Positions 49,506 through 62,822 of a stretch of 64,000 nucleotides of DNA are shown here, one piece after another (the stretch's first letter is position 1; every line of letters starts with the position of its first letter). This DNA is from Callorhinchus milii (lineage: Eukaryota): the NCBI RefSeq assembly GCF_018977255.1, contig NW_024705102.1, positions 1 through 64,000 on the forward strand. The letters are read 5' to 3'. The notes under the pieces were generated by a model, which was not told the DNA's origin, made no database searches, and saw only the letters and a program-made list of their open reading frames with translations. Both the position numbers and the translations under genes were made by a program.

Positions 49506-50604
49506 GTCTACTCCACAACGACATGAGAGCACTAACGTTGTGATTGTGAGCTTCCCCAGCCCTGCTCTACACCACCGGCCTAACACCAAGAACTCTATCA
49601 AACTCCATATCAGAGTTGGTTTGACTCACCTTGTCTTACCTCACTCAAGTCTGTCTCAGGACCTGTCTCTTTGCGGCGCTAGGGATGAATATTTACTTTG
49701 TATCCTCGCTGAATTTTAATTCCCAGCTTGGTTTAGTCATTATTGCTGACCGTGTTGCCTTGACTTCACAAATCGAAAGGCGCTAGATTAATCTAAATTG
49801 ATATAGAATTTGNAAAAAATTATTTGACGAATTGTGGAAGATAACTGCCAGAATATTGTATTATACAATATAAATTAACATTGTTATCATGGCTTTTGTT
49901 TTCTGAAGACGTCTTAAAACGTCCAGTTTGCTGCCAGGTAACCGATGTGTCTTGCTGAGGCTTAACTGNAAAAATTTAAATGTCATACTTGCCCAGTTTT
50001 ATAACAGTTCGGTAACAATATTCTCGCTTGAATTGTGGTTGAGAAAAGGCGATGAAAGTTCTGACCTCACCTCGTATCAGCCATTGTGTATCGGTGTGGG
50101 TTTTTTCTGTGTGTCTGTTTGTCTGTGAGTTTGTATATACAATTTCGTTTAACAATATTCTGCACAACTCAAATTCAACTGAGTTTCTCCTGTTGTCCCT
50201 GGCTGACAAACCCGTCAAATAAAATTGGACGCTCATTGCACAGCAAATTACTGGCACATTGATCTACACTGCACAGAATCCCGACACTTTACAACATCGT
50301 TGTCCAAATATTGGCCCATAGGCGGCATCCATCCCTTTGGGTGATTGATACGGCGAGTCACCAATTCTATCGTTCCACCTTTCGCGTCCTCCATGATGAA
50401 AATCCTCTTATGGCAGTGACTGGAGTTGGCCTTTAGGAGTATGCATCGTGGCGAATGAAAATCATACCGATCATTGCTGCATTGTTTCAGGAAGGCAAAC
50501 ATTTCTCTGATCAATCACATCCTAAGCCGCTGACCGCGCCTCCAGCTACAGAGAGTGATTGCCGTGCAGATGATAACACGCAACAACAACAACATCAAGA
50601 TCAC

Positions 50605-51260
50605 GTTTTCGAGCGATATGTCAGCTTTCTTTATGAAAGGATTAGATTATAAGAGTGGCGATCCATCCTGCAACTCTATAGGGCCCGCGTGAGACCAGTC
50701 CAGGCATACTGTGCAGTTGTGGTTTCCTTCTTTAAGGAAGGATATACTGGCCTTGGAGAGTGTGCAGCGTAGATTTATTAGGGTTAGTTAACAGGGATGA
50801 AGGGAATGAGTTACGAGGATACGCTGACCATTTGGCCTATATTCTCTACAATATAGAAGAATTTGAGGGGATCTTATCGAAACCTATAAGATCATCAAGG
50901 GGCATGATGGAGTGGAAAGTGGGAGATTGTTTACCCTGTTTGGAAGAACTAATACCATTGGACCAAATTTAAATTCATAGCGCAGCCCATTCGCACTGAG
51001 TTGAAGAAAAACTTCTTCACTCAAAGGGAGGTGAATGTTCCGAACTCACTACCCAAAGGGCTGTTTACGCTCAGTCCTTGAACATATTCAAGACTGAGAT
51101 GATAGAAGTCTTATTGCAAATGGGATTAAGTGGTATGGGGTTAAGGCCGGGTTAGGTTATTAGCTGGAGATAGATTTGAAGATGTGCCGTGATTGAATGT
51201 TGTGGAAGGCTCGAAGTGCCAAATGGCCTACTCCAGGTACGAAGCGTCATGTTATGTTAT
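50605..51260 (+). mobile_element. CR1 3' fragment
   Basis: gcatactgtgcagttgtggtttcct..aaggatatactggccttggagagtgtgcagcgtagattt; ttcttcactcaaaggg; terminal aatggcctactcc. Confidence 0.85.
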
Positions 51261-52590
51261 TTTGCTTGTTTCACAACTTTCACGTCGGGTGGACGTCACC
51301 AGGCGCTGATATATCAAACTCGAGATTTGCTGCTCTCTCGGAAGTTGCACTTCCACACAGACTGCTTGAATTACCACTCTTCTGAAGAAAAAGATAATGA
51401 AAGATGAAGCAGGAGTGTTTTTTTCTTCAAATTAGGTAATGATTTATTAATTGGCTTGTTAAGTCAGTGAGTAAATAAAGACTGACGGTACGGAATATAT
51501 ATATTTCAACTACAAGTACAAGCGTTTTGAAGAGAATAATTCCAGAGTTTATTTGACACATAATTTGCCACTACACGAGAATCCACTGTGAGTTACTGAA
51601 AATTAACAACCGAAGAGATCACTTGAGTTTCCTCTTTCTTAAAATTTACCGAAGACCGATACATGGTTGATATCTGATATTTTAGAAGCAACTTCTAGCC
51701 TCTCCTAACTCAATGTGCCAACATAAACGACCGCGCTTTACTCCTTCCCACTGCTCCACATCTCACTCTCTCTCTCTCTCTACGTTTCTACATGTACATG
51801 TGGCTTTGGCCGTCAATTCAACTTCGATGATCAATTCTTATTCATATAATCCTTTGATATGTTGATGCTCGCTTCGTTAGGCTCGTGATTATTTTGGTAT
51901 TTAACACAATTTTCTGGATAAAAAGCAATAATTAATATTTGTTTCTTGACCTACTTGAGTGAACTGAGTTGAAAAGGAATCTGGATTTTCTCTTACGGAA
52001 CACAATGGAAGCATTTAAGGTCATACAGCCTCATGTGTTTGTTAATTTGCATTTCTTTCACAGAACATAATGTGAAACACTTTCAGATGGCTCAACGATG
52101 CGGTAATCCTCTACATCAATAGTAAGGAATACTAGTATTCACATAACCATGGAATTATAGAATCGAACAGCACAAAAAGAGGCCATGCGGCCATTGAGTC
52201 TGTTAGGCTTCTATGAAAAGAATAATGTTATTTCATTTCCAATCTCCAGCCCTTTCCCCATAACCCAGCAAATACAACCTCCTAAAATACCCATCCTCCG
52301 GGTTTTCCAGAAAATTTTCTTCAGACATCGTCGAGTAAGCTTACGGAACAGGTTTCTAGGGAGAAAACGAAAGCATAGAATGTTTACTTCATGAAAAAAA
52401 TGGATAGATTTCTGCTGGAAAATAATATCTTATGATACGCTACACATACGGAAAACGCACACACTAAATCACGCGCGCACCGACATACACACAATATACA
52501 GCATATAGTTTGGGACACAACATGTCAGGCTTCACGCAAGAAAATGGATGGCGAACTCGATGGATATTGGTCTTTGTAGGCAGCAAATTC

Positions 52591-53491
52591 TTATTTTCTG
52601 AACAGAATGCGTATTTGATAAAACGGGTATATCACCATATTCATCAGCTGTTTTCTGAATTTGGTTTGTGTCAAAGCATAAACACATGTGTTTGTAGAGC
52701 AGCTGAAGAGTCGAAGCATATTTCCAAACTGTAGTGCAATCCATGAGTTACCAGACGATTTAAAAGTCACAAATTCAATTTCGTTCTGAATATAAGCTAT
52801 CACATATGTCACCCATAAGCATATAAAACTCCCCGTTACGGTAAACAGCAAATTAATCGACCTTCTCCGATTCTGCATCTCTGGATCTTTCTGGTTTTCC
52901 CCATTGCTGTGGCCTCGGAGCCTTTTCCGTGCAGCATTGGTCACTAAGATATATCTGATGGTCAGAATATTGAGCAGTAAAATGAGAATAAATGGTATAA
53001 ATGGAGTTAAAATGCAGTGAAACAACGAAAAAGCGGTCCATAACCATGAAAAATAAAAACTTCCTTTCACAACACAAAACCAAGGCGTGTTGTTAATTAT
53101 AAATAGCGGTTCAAGTTCGAGGTACCAGGGTATGTTGATCACACAGCTGAACACACAGGTCGACACAATGACCACAGTCGCTGTTTTTTCGGTGCAGTAT
53201 TTGGTTTTCAGTTTCGGATGACAAATTGCTACAAATCGATCAAAGGTGAAAGCGATTGTGAGCCAAACAGAACAGGTAGTGGTTGCATGGAACAGCACAT
53301 CACGGATGCTACAGATAGGAGTCAGGTTCAGGAAAATAAAATGCCACGAATAGATCTCTGCAAAGCCTTCCATATCACATCAGTGATCACCACCAGCAGG
53401 TCTGCCACTGCCATGGCCACCAGGTATCGAGTGACACATGTGGAGAGACCGCACTTTCCTCGGGACAGGATCACAATCGTCACCAAGTTAA
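52591..53491 (-). CDS. GPCR-3 exon 2: GPR139-like GPCR, one 1-nt frameshift at ~53366 as assembled
   Basis: Acceptor ccttgtag|; ORF 53328-53579 supplies VNLVTIVILSRGKCGLS..DVIWK and ORF 52591-53373 supplies the rest (AFTFDRFVAIC..CSTNTCVYALTQTKFRKQL); restoring 1 nt gives 327 aa. Confidence 0.88.
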
Positions 53492-55344
53492 CTACAAGGA
53501 ATAAATCATGAATAAACTCAGATTCAATTACGAAATTAAGGCCCCAGTTTCTATAATCAATGCTTCGAATGGAGTTCAAAGTTACAAATAATTATCCTTC
53601 CAAACATGCAGTTACTCTTGCTTTACAGAGACGTTTTCAAGTGCTTCGCAGAACATGCTGTAAATTTAATTGCTTTTGTGTGCTGCGGTAAAAAGCGTCA
53701 CAGTACTGTCGGAAATGTCGTGGATGAATGAACTTATTTACGGGATTATTCCACTCGAAATTCAGTACGACAATCAAAAAACTACAGAGTTTCTACTTAA
53801 TCTTTTGCGAACAGAGGTGAGTATCTAGTATACACCGGTTTCTAATACCGGTTTGCGAGAAATAATTTACAAAATTGCATTAATACTGGACGACTTTGAT
53901 TTTCATTAAGTGATTTTCAGGTGCAACATTTAAAAACTTAGGTAACACCTCTCCAGCAACTCGTGAGCATTACAAAACAGACAGTTCTCTTAATTTGGCG
54001 TTCGAGACATAATTGAAGATGGTAGCTGGCAAAGCATGAAGCGCAAAATATAAAAATATAAATATGAAATAAGACAATTTCTTTGATATCTGTTGTTTTT
54101 ACTGCTTTGAGCAATTTGCATGCCAAGTTTTCCAACAATTCCAGAAGGTTCACTTCAAAAATAATACTGTGATGCAGTTTTCCATGTCTCATTAATGTGG
54201 CAATGCGCAGTACCAGAAGCGTAAATTATAATAAGCAGCGATTCATCACTGATAGTGATGGGGAAATCCAGTTGGTATGTTATTTAAAATTTAGTCACCG
54301 CTTGTTCAGATTGTTAAATATCCAAGATAGTTTCGAAAGTAGTTTGGATTGCCGAATAAAACTAGTTGATCGATTCAATAATTCGCTGAAATACTTCCAA
54401 CTTAACTTTTCAAATGAAAAATTGAGTTTCGATTCCAACTAGTAATCTGCAGCCTGTATATTGCCCAACGCTCAATTCCATACTCCCATTCCACCTGTCC
54501 TTGTGAGGCTACACTGGTTGTCTATCAAAAAATGGATCGATTTCACGATCCTCTCACTTGTCTTACAAGTACATTCACCAACGGCGCCTCCCTACCTGAG
54601 GTGAGCAGACAGGGAATGCAATCGATTGGGTGGTGAACTAAATCAAAGGACAAAGTGGGAATAAGGAAAAAAAAAGGCAGGGTAAGGAAATAATGACATT
54701 AATGACTTTGACTGTGAAGGTGTCAGTGTTGTGAAAGAGAAAACTGACTGATTGACCGGAGGTATTTTTTCAACGAATGTTTAGTGAGCAACGACGGCAG
54801 ATGGGAGGCCAATCGATTCCGCCTATTAGCGACGAAGGTAGGTTAGAAGTTAAAGAGATGGAAGGGGCAAGGGAGGCTGCCAGTACATTCCATGTTTCAC
54901 GACACCAAGGCTTGATTTCACATTTTGCTGGACTGCACAATAACTCAATTCACTGTAGACCACCTGGACCTCTTCGGCTGGTGTCTGTTCCAGAATTGGC
55001 TCTCCGAGTCCATGCTCCCATGCTAACCCGGCTCGCCTGGCTCCCCGTTCTCAAGCGGATCGAGTTTAACATCCCCGGACTAAACTTCAAATCCCACCAT
55101 GGGGAATCTTTTCAAACCTTTCTATTCCAAATGCACCGTCCTCACAGCGGGCTCCAATCTGCAGCAGCTCCTATACTCCAATCTGCCTAACAATTCGTGT
55201 TCGAGATTTAAGATTATTTTCCTCCTCTCTGGAACTTAGTGCCAGAGTCTCCAAGATTGACCAGCTGCTGCCGTTTATTTACGACACAGAGTTGTTGGGA
55301 CCCTGAATAAACTCTCCTCCATATAAGAAGTTATATTGACATAC

Positions 55345-55426
55345 CTGGAACGCCAATAGCTGCAACAATAGCGTAGTATATCGGTTCTATCTGAATAATT
55401 AAATCATTCAATTCAACCACATACAT
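55345..55426 (-). CDS. GPCR-3 exon 1
   Basis: MYVVELNDLIIQIEPIYYAIVAAIGVP G|gtatgt; 82 nt, phase 1, same length as GPCR-2 exon 1. Confidence 0.9.
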
Positions 55427-55516
55427 TTTTGTTCAGTACGATACGGATTGTTTGCCTTCACCACAATTGCACAAACGCTCAGTCTTCAATTGTTGAATGT
55501 CGGTGTCAAAGAAGCA

Positions 55517-55539
55517 TTAATATAGCAGAGGAATTTCCC
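55517..55539 (-). promoter_or_regulatory. GPCR-3 core promoter: NF-kB site GGGAAATTCC plus TATA-like TATATTAA
   Basis: Minus strand actGGGGAAATTCCtctgcTATATTAAt. Confidence 0.7.
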
Positions 55540-55851
55540 CAGTTGATTAATTTGGTGGTGTGATCGCTGAAAAGGATCATTGTCGAATGAACAAATAATT
55601 GAAGACAGCTGCTGAGGAATATCAAGAGGGAATTGTACATGTTTTTACAAGTTGTAACATAGGCTGTATGAAAAATAAGATGTTGTCATTGACACGATGC
55701 ACTAAACGCTCCATAGATATGTTTTTAAGTAGATTTTAATGATGATTCAGCCATAAGAAAAACACTGCCAAAATCTCATATGAATTTCGTCTGCTTTTCT
55801 TATTATGTTAGAACTTCTTCAAATGGCTACTATTTACAAGCGGTTGATATT

Positions 55852-56235
55852 TTCTGGAGTCTTGTAGACGTGTAGTTAGAGCACTAAACGCACAAGCGAA
55901 TTGACCTGGGTTAGCCTCCTGGGTAGGGCAAAACATTGGGTAAATGTATTATCTTGAAATGCCTCTATTCTGCAAGCAGTAAGTGGGATTCTGGATATAT
56001 ACTTCGCGTATTCCTTTTCTTGGAGAAAACAAACACGTCAACATCAGTAAATAATATAACAATAAATTGTACTGTGAACGCAGTACTGTTTGTGGGACAC
56101 TGATGTGGTCAATTGGCTTCCAGTTTCGGTGAAAAAGTGTACAGTCGATTCATTTTGCAGTACGTCCTGTAAAGCAAATTGAGATGACCTCCTGATGTGA
56201 AAGACGGCATAACAACAAGAAATTATTATCCTTTG
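55852..56235 (+). mobile_element. Degenerate SINE, absent from arm A
   Basis: Head tggagtcttgtagacgtgtagttagagcac; body ctgtttgtgggacactgatg; tail cctcctgatgtgaaag. Confidence 0.75.
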
Positions 56236-57944
56236 TTGTTGTCTCGAAGACCTGATCAGGTGCTATAACACCCGCTGGGATTATTATCATTGTCTTTCGA
56301 TTTCGGAATAGTCTTAATAACAGATCCAGTTTCCAGCGTGAACTGGGCCAATCACTTTTCAGTTTCACATTATTTTGGTTCGGATCCTTTGTTCAGGGAT
56401 CTGCTCTTGTCGACGCTATTAAGCAATTCGCACACATCAGTTCTATGACCTTCAACACTGCAGGAAATATATTAGTTTTATCTAATCATAAAATAATAAT
56501 GAACAATGATACATGATTCTGCATTTAATTAATATATATGTATTTTTGCTGATCCGGTCTAGTTGCTTATTTTATAAATAATGATAAATGTAGAGTATAT
56601 TTTACGTTATCATAATGTCTGTTTTGTTGCAGTCACCAGTTCTGTCTATTTGCACCTCTGAGTCTCACGTAATTGGGATCGATCACGCTGGAAAAGAGAA
56701 TATTCCGAGGCGATATGATTGATTTTACGATTCATAAGTCGCTAAACCACGTAAATTATGCCATACTATTTCACACAGTCAAGAATAGTAAAATCAACCG
56801 ACAAGTCGGCAAACAAAACCAAACTGGTGATTAAAAAATGACCATTCACGTGGATGTGAAATTTAAAAATATTGAGGTGAAACAACGGCTCCATGGATTG
56901 GGTTTCAAAGTGTCAGTCCCATTAACAGTAGATCCTGGGTTTATCCTTGCTAAATACCCGAACATCGTCAATGTTGGTTTTTGCTGCTGTGATATCACAG
57001 TATCATGTAACACTGCAATTTAATTTGTCACGAAAATAACTGAAGGTCTAACATATCTGAGAATATTTTCCATCACGTTGCGGTGGTGATCCTTTTTGTT
57101 CAAGAATAACGCCCCCAATGCATTCTGCAAAAGTGACAGCCGACAGTGGGCATTTGTCTATTATTATATCTGACAAGCAACTGTCCGGCAGTGAACATCT
57201 GGTGAGCAAAGATTGAGATCAATCTTTGAGAAACATATCATCAGGTGCAGGCACAAACAGGAGAAGAATCTAAGTTTTGACTGTTCTATCATCGATAGAA
57301 ATATTATGCTGACAAATTCGTATTATTTATCAGCATTCAAGTTGGGAATGAGAATTGGCTCAGTATTAGATCTATAACTGCAGAAATCATGGGCTCATGA
57401 CCCTCTTCGCTGTCGCTCTGATATCTAACACTGGAGGCTGCACTTTCAGCCGCTAGGCCCCAAAATTAATTCTTCCTCCATCACGCCGCCATATCCCTTC
57501 CATCATTGTATTCATGTCGCCACTGAGGAGCTTCCACTTCCACCATGCCAAGAGTCATCTTCGCCCTACCCCAGGATCGGCATCATCAAGCACTCTGGGG
57601 CGCTACCGTGCAAAAGGAGTGCCATATAAATGCAAGTTGTTGTTGTTATTGTCACTAACCTAACTGTGATCATGCTCAGCATTGTCCTCACCATGGGTAT
57701 GAACTCTCAACCGCTGTACGTCTGTAAGCCAATCGTCTATAACTTGTTCAAATATAAACAATATAATCATGAACTCAGAATCTACGAAAACAGTTTCTTC
57801 AGCAAATGTTGCCTGACCCTGATTGTTCCACCTAATTTTCTTGAGAGCAAGTCCTGAATCTGCAATTTTTAATGACGTGCAGGAAGAAACGAGATTTGAT
57901 ATATTTTTGCTGCATATGTTGTAGGTGAAAGGCTTTTATGGAAT

Positions 57945-59188
57945 CTCATAGAATCAAAGAATTATGCTCCACTGAAGGACGCCATTCGGCCCACTGTGTC
58001 TGTGTCAGCTCTTTGAAAAGTTATAACGAAACAATTCTCACAACCAAACTCTCTCCATAGCACTGCAAACTTGTTCTCTCCAATAAGTTATCGACACACA
58101 CCACACCACCCAACGACCCCCACATATCCACACCCACCCAGTAGAATTATTCTCAATTTGAGCACCCTATTCAATCTCCTCATTGTACTGAAACATTATT
58201 TTAAGCCTCCTCTTATCTACCTCTGCTCCAAGAGAATATTCATAATTTCTCAAGCCTCTCCTGATAACTCAATCGCTCATTCCTGGATTCATTCTGGAGA
58301 ATCTCCTTTGCTTCCTATCCAATGCCTTGACAATCTTCCTATCGGTGGTGCCCAGAACTGAACACATTACTCTAGCTGAGGTCTGAGACCAGTATTTTAT
58401 AAATATTCATCTTGCTTATTGAATGTTGTCCCTATTTATAAAGTATAGTATCCCGTATGCTTTTTACCAGCGTTATCAGCCTGTCCTGCTACTTTAAAAG
58501 ATTTCTTATATGAAACCCAGATATCTCTGTCCTTCACCCCTTTCTGATTCCACGTTCCAGTTTATATGTCGCTTTTCATTCTTGGTCCAAAATGCATCGT
58601 TTCGCATTTCTCCATATTAAACTTCATCTGCCATGTGTCTGCCATTTTACCATTCTGTATGTGTCGTCTTATCGTCTACTGATAAGCTCCTCATAGTCTG
58701 CTAGAACTCCGAGCTCAATATCATCGTTGTGCTTGTAAATTGTACTCCCTATATCCAAGTCCAAATCATTTATATAAATCAAAAACAATAGTGGTCCCAA
58801 TGCTGACGCTTGGGGGAACCAATTGCCCACTTCCCTCCACTCAGAAAAACAATCATCACGTCGACAATCTTCTGTTGGTCTCCCAAACAGATCTGTATCT
58901 AAACTGTCACCGTCCGTCTAATACCACAGACCTCTATTTTGTCTACCAATCTCTTATGTGGCACGTTGTGATGCGCCTTTTGAGAATCCATCTAAACTTC
59001 ATCAACTGCATAAAGTTCATCCACAACGGCCGTTAATTCATCAAAATATTCTATCAGGTTTGGTAGATATGGTTTGCATTCCACAAATTCGTTTCGGCTA
59101 TCCTTTACTCACCCATATTTTTCCAAGTGAAATTGCATTTTGTCCCGGATTATAGTTTCTAGAAATGTCTCATGACTGACAACAGACC
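57945..59188 (-). mobile_element. Degraded CR1 (duplicate of the 18900-20592 insertion)
   Basis: Reverse complement of 19160-20590, e.g. MARCDAPFENPSKL vs MARCEAPFENPSKL in antisense frames. Confidence 0.88.
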
Positions 59189-59189
59189 T

Positions 59190-62100
59190 TGAGTCGGGGA
59201 GCGGCGGCAGGACAGCGCGGGGAGGAGCCTGGGCCTACTGACCCAGGTACTTAAACGCGACGCCGGAGCGAGTTTAGCCCCGGGGGGGTGGGGGGGGGGG
59301 GGGGGGGGTAGGGGCGTTGTGGGGGCGGAGCGGGGGATCTGCGACGTCATAGATTAGTTTTTCAGGTGAGTGCGCGCGCAAAAAAAAAAAAAAAAATCCC
59401 ACTGCGCCCCCCCCAGGGCTCGCTCCCGGTCCCCGCGTGCGCACTATGGCTGCCGCTTTGACCCAAGTCCCCTCAACCCCTCCCTCCCTCCCCCCTCCTT
59501 TCTCCCCCCAAACCCTCCCCCCTCTGCATCTCTCCCGCTCTCTCCTCCTCTCTCTCCGTCCCTCTCGTCTTCTATCCCCACTTGACCCTCCCACAACCTC
59601 CCTCTGCTCCAGCCTGGGAATCCTCCGTCGGGCTCACCGCGGCACTCGGCGTTGGCTGTCCAGCAGCAGCCACACCGACTGCCCCATTCCCCACCACACT
59701 CGACACCCACCCCGGACACAGACCCGGGGAGCCAACCTCTCCTCCCTCATCCCCATCCCCCCACCCCTGCCTCACAACCTGGACCCCCTCCCCTCCCACA
59801 CACCCTTCTGTCAACCGCTCCCTCCACATCGGACTGCAAAATGTCCGCTCCCTCTGCAACAAGGCCCTGGTCATCAACGATCTCATCCTTGATGAGAACG
59901 TTGATATCATGGCCTAACGGAAACCTGGCTCACCCCAGGCGACACCTTCCCCCTCACGGAGGCCACGCCACCCGGCTACACCTCCCACCACTTCCCCCGC
60001 CCCAACCGCCGTGGCGGTGGTGTTGCCCTTATCTCAAGGACACCACTTATCCCTATCCCTACTTATCCCTATCCCTATCCCCCTACTCCACTGCCTCTTT
60101 CCCCTCCTTTGAGCACCTCACCCTCTCCCACCCCTCATTCCTCTCCCTTAAAATCCTCCTCCTCTACCGGCCCCCTAAAACCTCTCCCACCTTCATCTCT
60201 GACATTTCAACACTCCTCACATCTCTTTGCCTCTCCTCTGATCGCCTCATCATCCTGGGCGACTTTAACCTACAATTCACACCCTCCTTCTCCATCTCCA
60301 CAGACTTCTCTTCCCTGCTCTCTTCACTCAACCTCTCCTTACACATAAACTCCCCCACTCACAGTCACGGCCACCCACTCGATTTGGTGATCACCCGGGG
60401 CCTCAGTGTCTCGGATGTCACTATTACCGACAAGGCCATCTCTGACCACTGCTTCATCTCCTTCTCCTCCTCCACCCCCCTCCCCACCTCCACCAGACCC
60501 ACCACCATCTTCTACCGCCCTTCGAAGAAGTTACCCGCACAATTCCTAACCGAAGCCTTGGAGTCCTCTGAACTCCTCTCCCTCTGGCCTTCAACCCTCA
60601 CTGACCCCTCTTCTCCTCTCTCCCTCCTCCACAATACGCTCTACTGCACACTCGATAATCTTGCCCCCATCACTTCCCGCAGTGTCTCCTACTCCCGCTC
60701 CCCCTGGTACACCACCCACCTCCGCTTACTGAAAAGCCACGTGCGGGCTGCTGAACGCACCTGTGTCAAATCTGGCCTAACGGTCCACCGACAAATCTGG
60801 CTGGACCTCCTCAAAATTTACCGCTCCACTCTAGCCTCGGCCAAGTCGTCCTTCTGCTCCAGGATAATCCTGGAGGCGAAGAACAACCCCAGGCTACTGT
60901 TTTCCACCACAACCCGACTCCTCCGTCCCCCCCGCCACCCCGCGCAGGTCATCTCGTCCAACCTTCACTGCGAGGAGATGCTGGCTTTCCTTGAATCCAA
61001 CATCAAGGGAATCCGCTCCGCGGTCACTTCCCCTCCAACTTCCACCCACCCCCCACCCCTTCCCTCCCACACTCCGACTCCTACCCATCCTCCCCTACAC
61101 ACCTTCGTACCCGTTTCCCTACCCTCTGTCACTGAACTCATCCTATCCCTAAAACCAACCACCTGCCCCCTTGACCTCATCCCCACTCCACTACTTGTCT
61201 CCCAGCTCCAATTTCTTGCCCCACATATCACTGACATCATCAAGCTGTCCCTCTCCTCTGGCTCTGTCCCCATTCCATTAAAAACTGCCATCATCACGCC
61301 CACCCAGAAAAAACCCTCCCTTGATGCGTCGCAGCTATCAAGCTACCGGCCCATCTCCAAACTCCCCTTTCTCTCCAAGGTCTTGGAAAGAGTTGTGGCC
61401 TCCCAACTGCTCTCTTTCCTTTCCGCCCATTCTCTTTTCGAACCCCTTCCGTCAGGTTTCCGTGCTGCCCATAGCACAGAAACTGCCCTGGTCAAGGTCA
61501 CCAGTGATATCCTGACCATCTGTGACCAGGGCTCCCTCTGGCTCCTCGTCCTCCTCGACCTATCGGCAGCATTCGATACAGTCGACCACGCTATCCTACT
61601 CCACCGCTTGTCCTCCCACCTCAACCTTCAAGGCACTGTCCTTGAATGGTTTAGCTCTTACCTTTCCCACCGTCTTCACTTCGTCTCAACGAATGGCTTC
61701 TCCTCCACCCCCCGTACTGTCTCATGTGGTGTCCCTCAGGGCTCTGTCCACGGTCCCCTCCTCTTCACCCTCTATATGCTCCCCCTTGGTGACATCATCC
61801 GCAAACATGGGGTTAACTTCCACATGTATGCGGATGACACCCAACTCTACCTTTCCTCCTCTACTCTCAACTCCACGACCACCGATGTCCTGACAGCTGT
61901 CTGTCCGACATCGAGTCCTGGACGAGAGAAAACTTTCTTCAGCTCAACGTGCGAAAAACCGAGGCCCTCCTGATTGGCTCACGTCAGCGCCTCCGCACCT
62001 CAGGCGCTGACACCATCAGCATCCAAGGCTGCACTCTCCACCTCTCAAAGCCAGTCAGGAACCTCGGCGTTTTGTTCGACCCTGAGCTGTCCTTTCTCCC

Positions 62101-62822
62101 GCACATCCGCACCACAACTGGCACCGCCTTCCATCACCTCCGGAATATCGCCAGACTACGGCATTACCTCACCCCTCACGCTGCTGAAACCCTGGTTCAC
62201 GCCTTTGTCACCTCAAGGCTGGACTATGGGAACTCTCTACTCGCGGCCTTCCCGCCACCTCCCTCCACAAGCTGCAGGTCATCCAGAACTCTGCAGTTCG
62301 TGTACTGTCCCGCACCAGGCTTCGGGACCACATCACTCCATCCCTCGCTCGCCTCCACTGGCTCCCCATCCCCCAGAGGATTGATGTCAAGATCCTCATC
62401 CTCAACTACAAGGCCATTCACGGCCTTGCTCCCTCCTACCTCTCCGACCTACTATCCCCCTACCTACCTGCCCGTATCCTCCGTTCCTCTGGCTCCGGTC
62501 TGCTCCACGTCCCCCGCCCCAACCGCCCCACCATCGGTGGTCGGGCCTTCAGCCTCTCAGCCCCCAGGCTCTGGAACTCCATACCCCATTGCCTTCGCCT
62601 TGCTTCTTCCCTTTCCTCCTTAAAGGCCGGTCTCAAAACCTTTCTCTTTGACCGTGCTTTCAGCTCCCCTCTCGACTCTCTTCCCCCTCCTCGCTCCCTC
62701 TCTTCCCTCTCCTCACCCTGACCATTTCCCCCCTGCTCGGGTCATGACCCAACTGTGCAGCGCCTTGGGACGTCCTCCTGACGTGAAAGGCGATTTATAA
62801 ATGGAATCTTGTTGTTGTTGTA
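59190..62822 (+). mobile_element. Near full-length young L2 (LINE2) retrotransposon with APE endonuclease and RT
   Basis: [46 protein letters not shown] (APE); [59 protein letters not shown] (RT); SRLDYGNS, LHWLP; 3' tail with (ttg)n; a few 1-nt frameshifts. Confidence 0.96.

Larger units (their letters stand above)
52320..59190 (-). repeat. Arm B of inverted segmental duplication (partner 19150-26750)
   Basis: See arm A; includes GPCR-3, its promoter and the shared CR1. Confidence 0.9.

Noticed and set aside
50248-50514. 88-aa Cys-containing minus-strand ORF
   Set aside because: No recognisable motif or supported exon partners.
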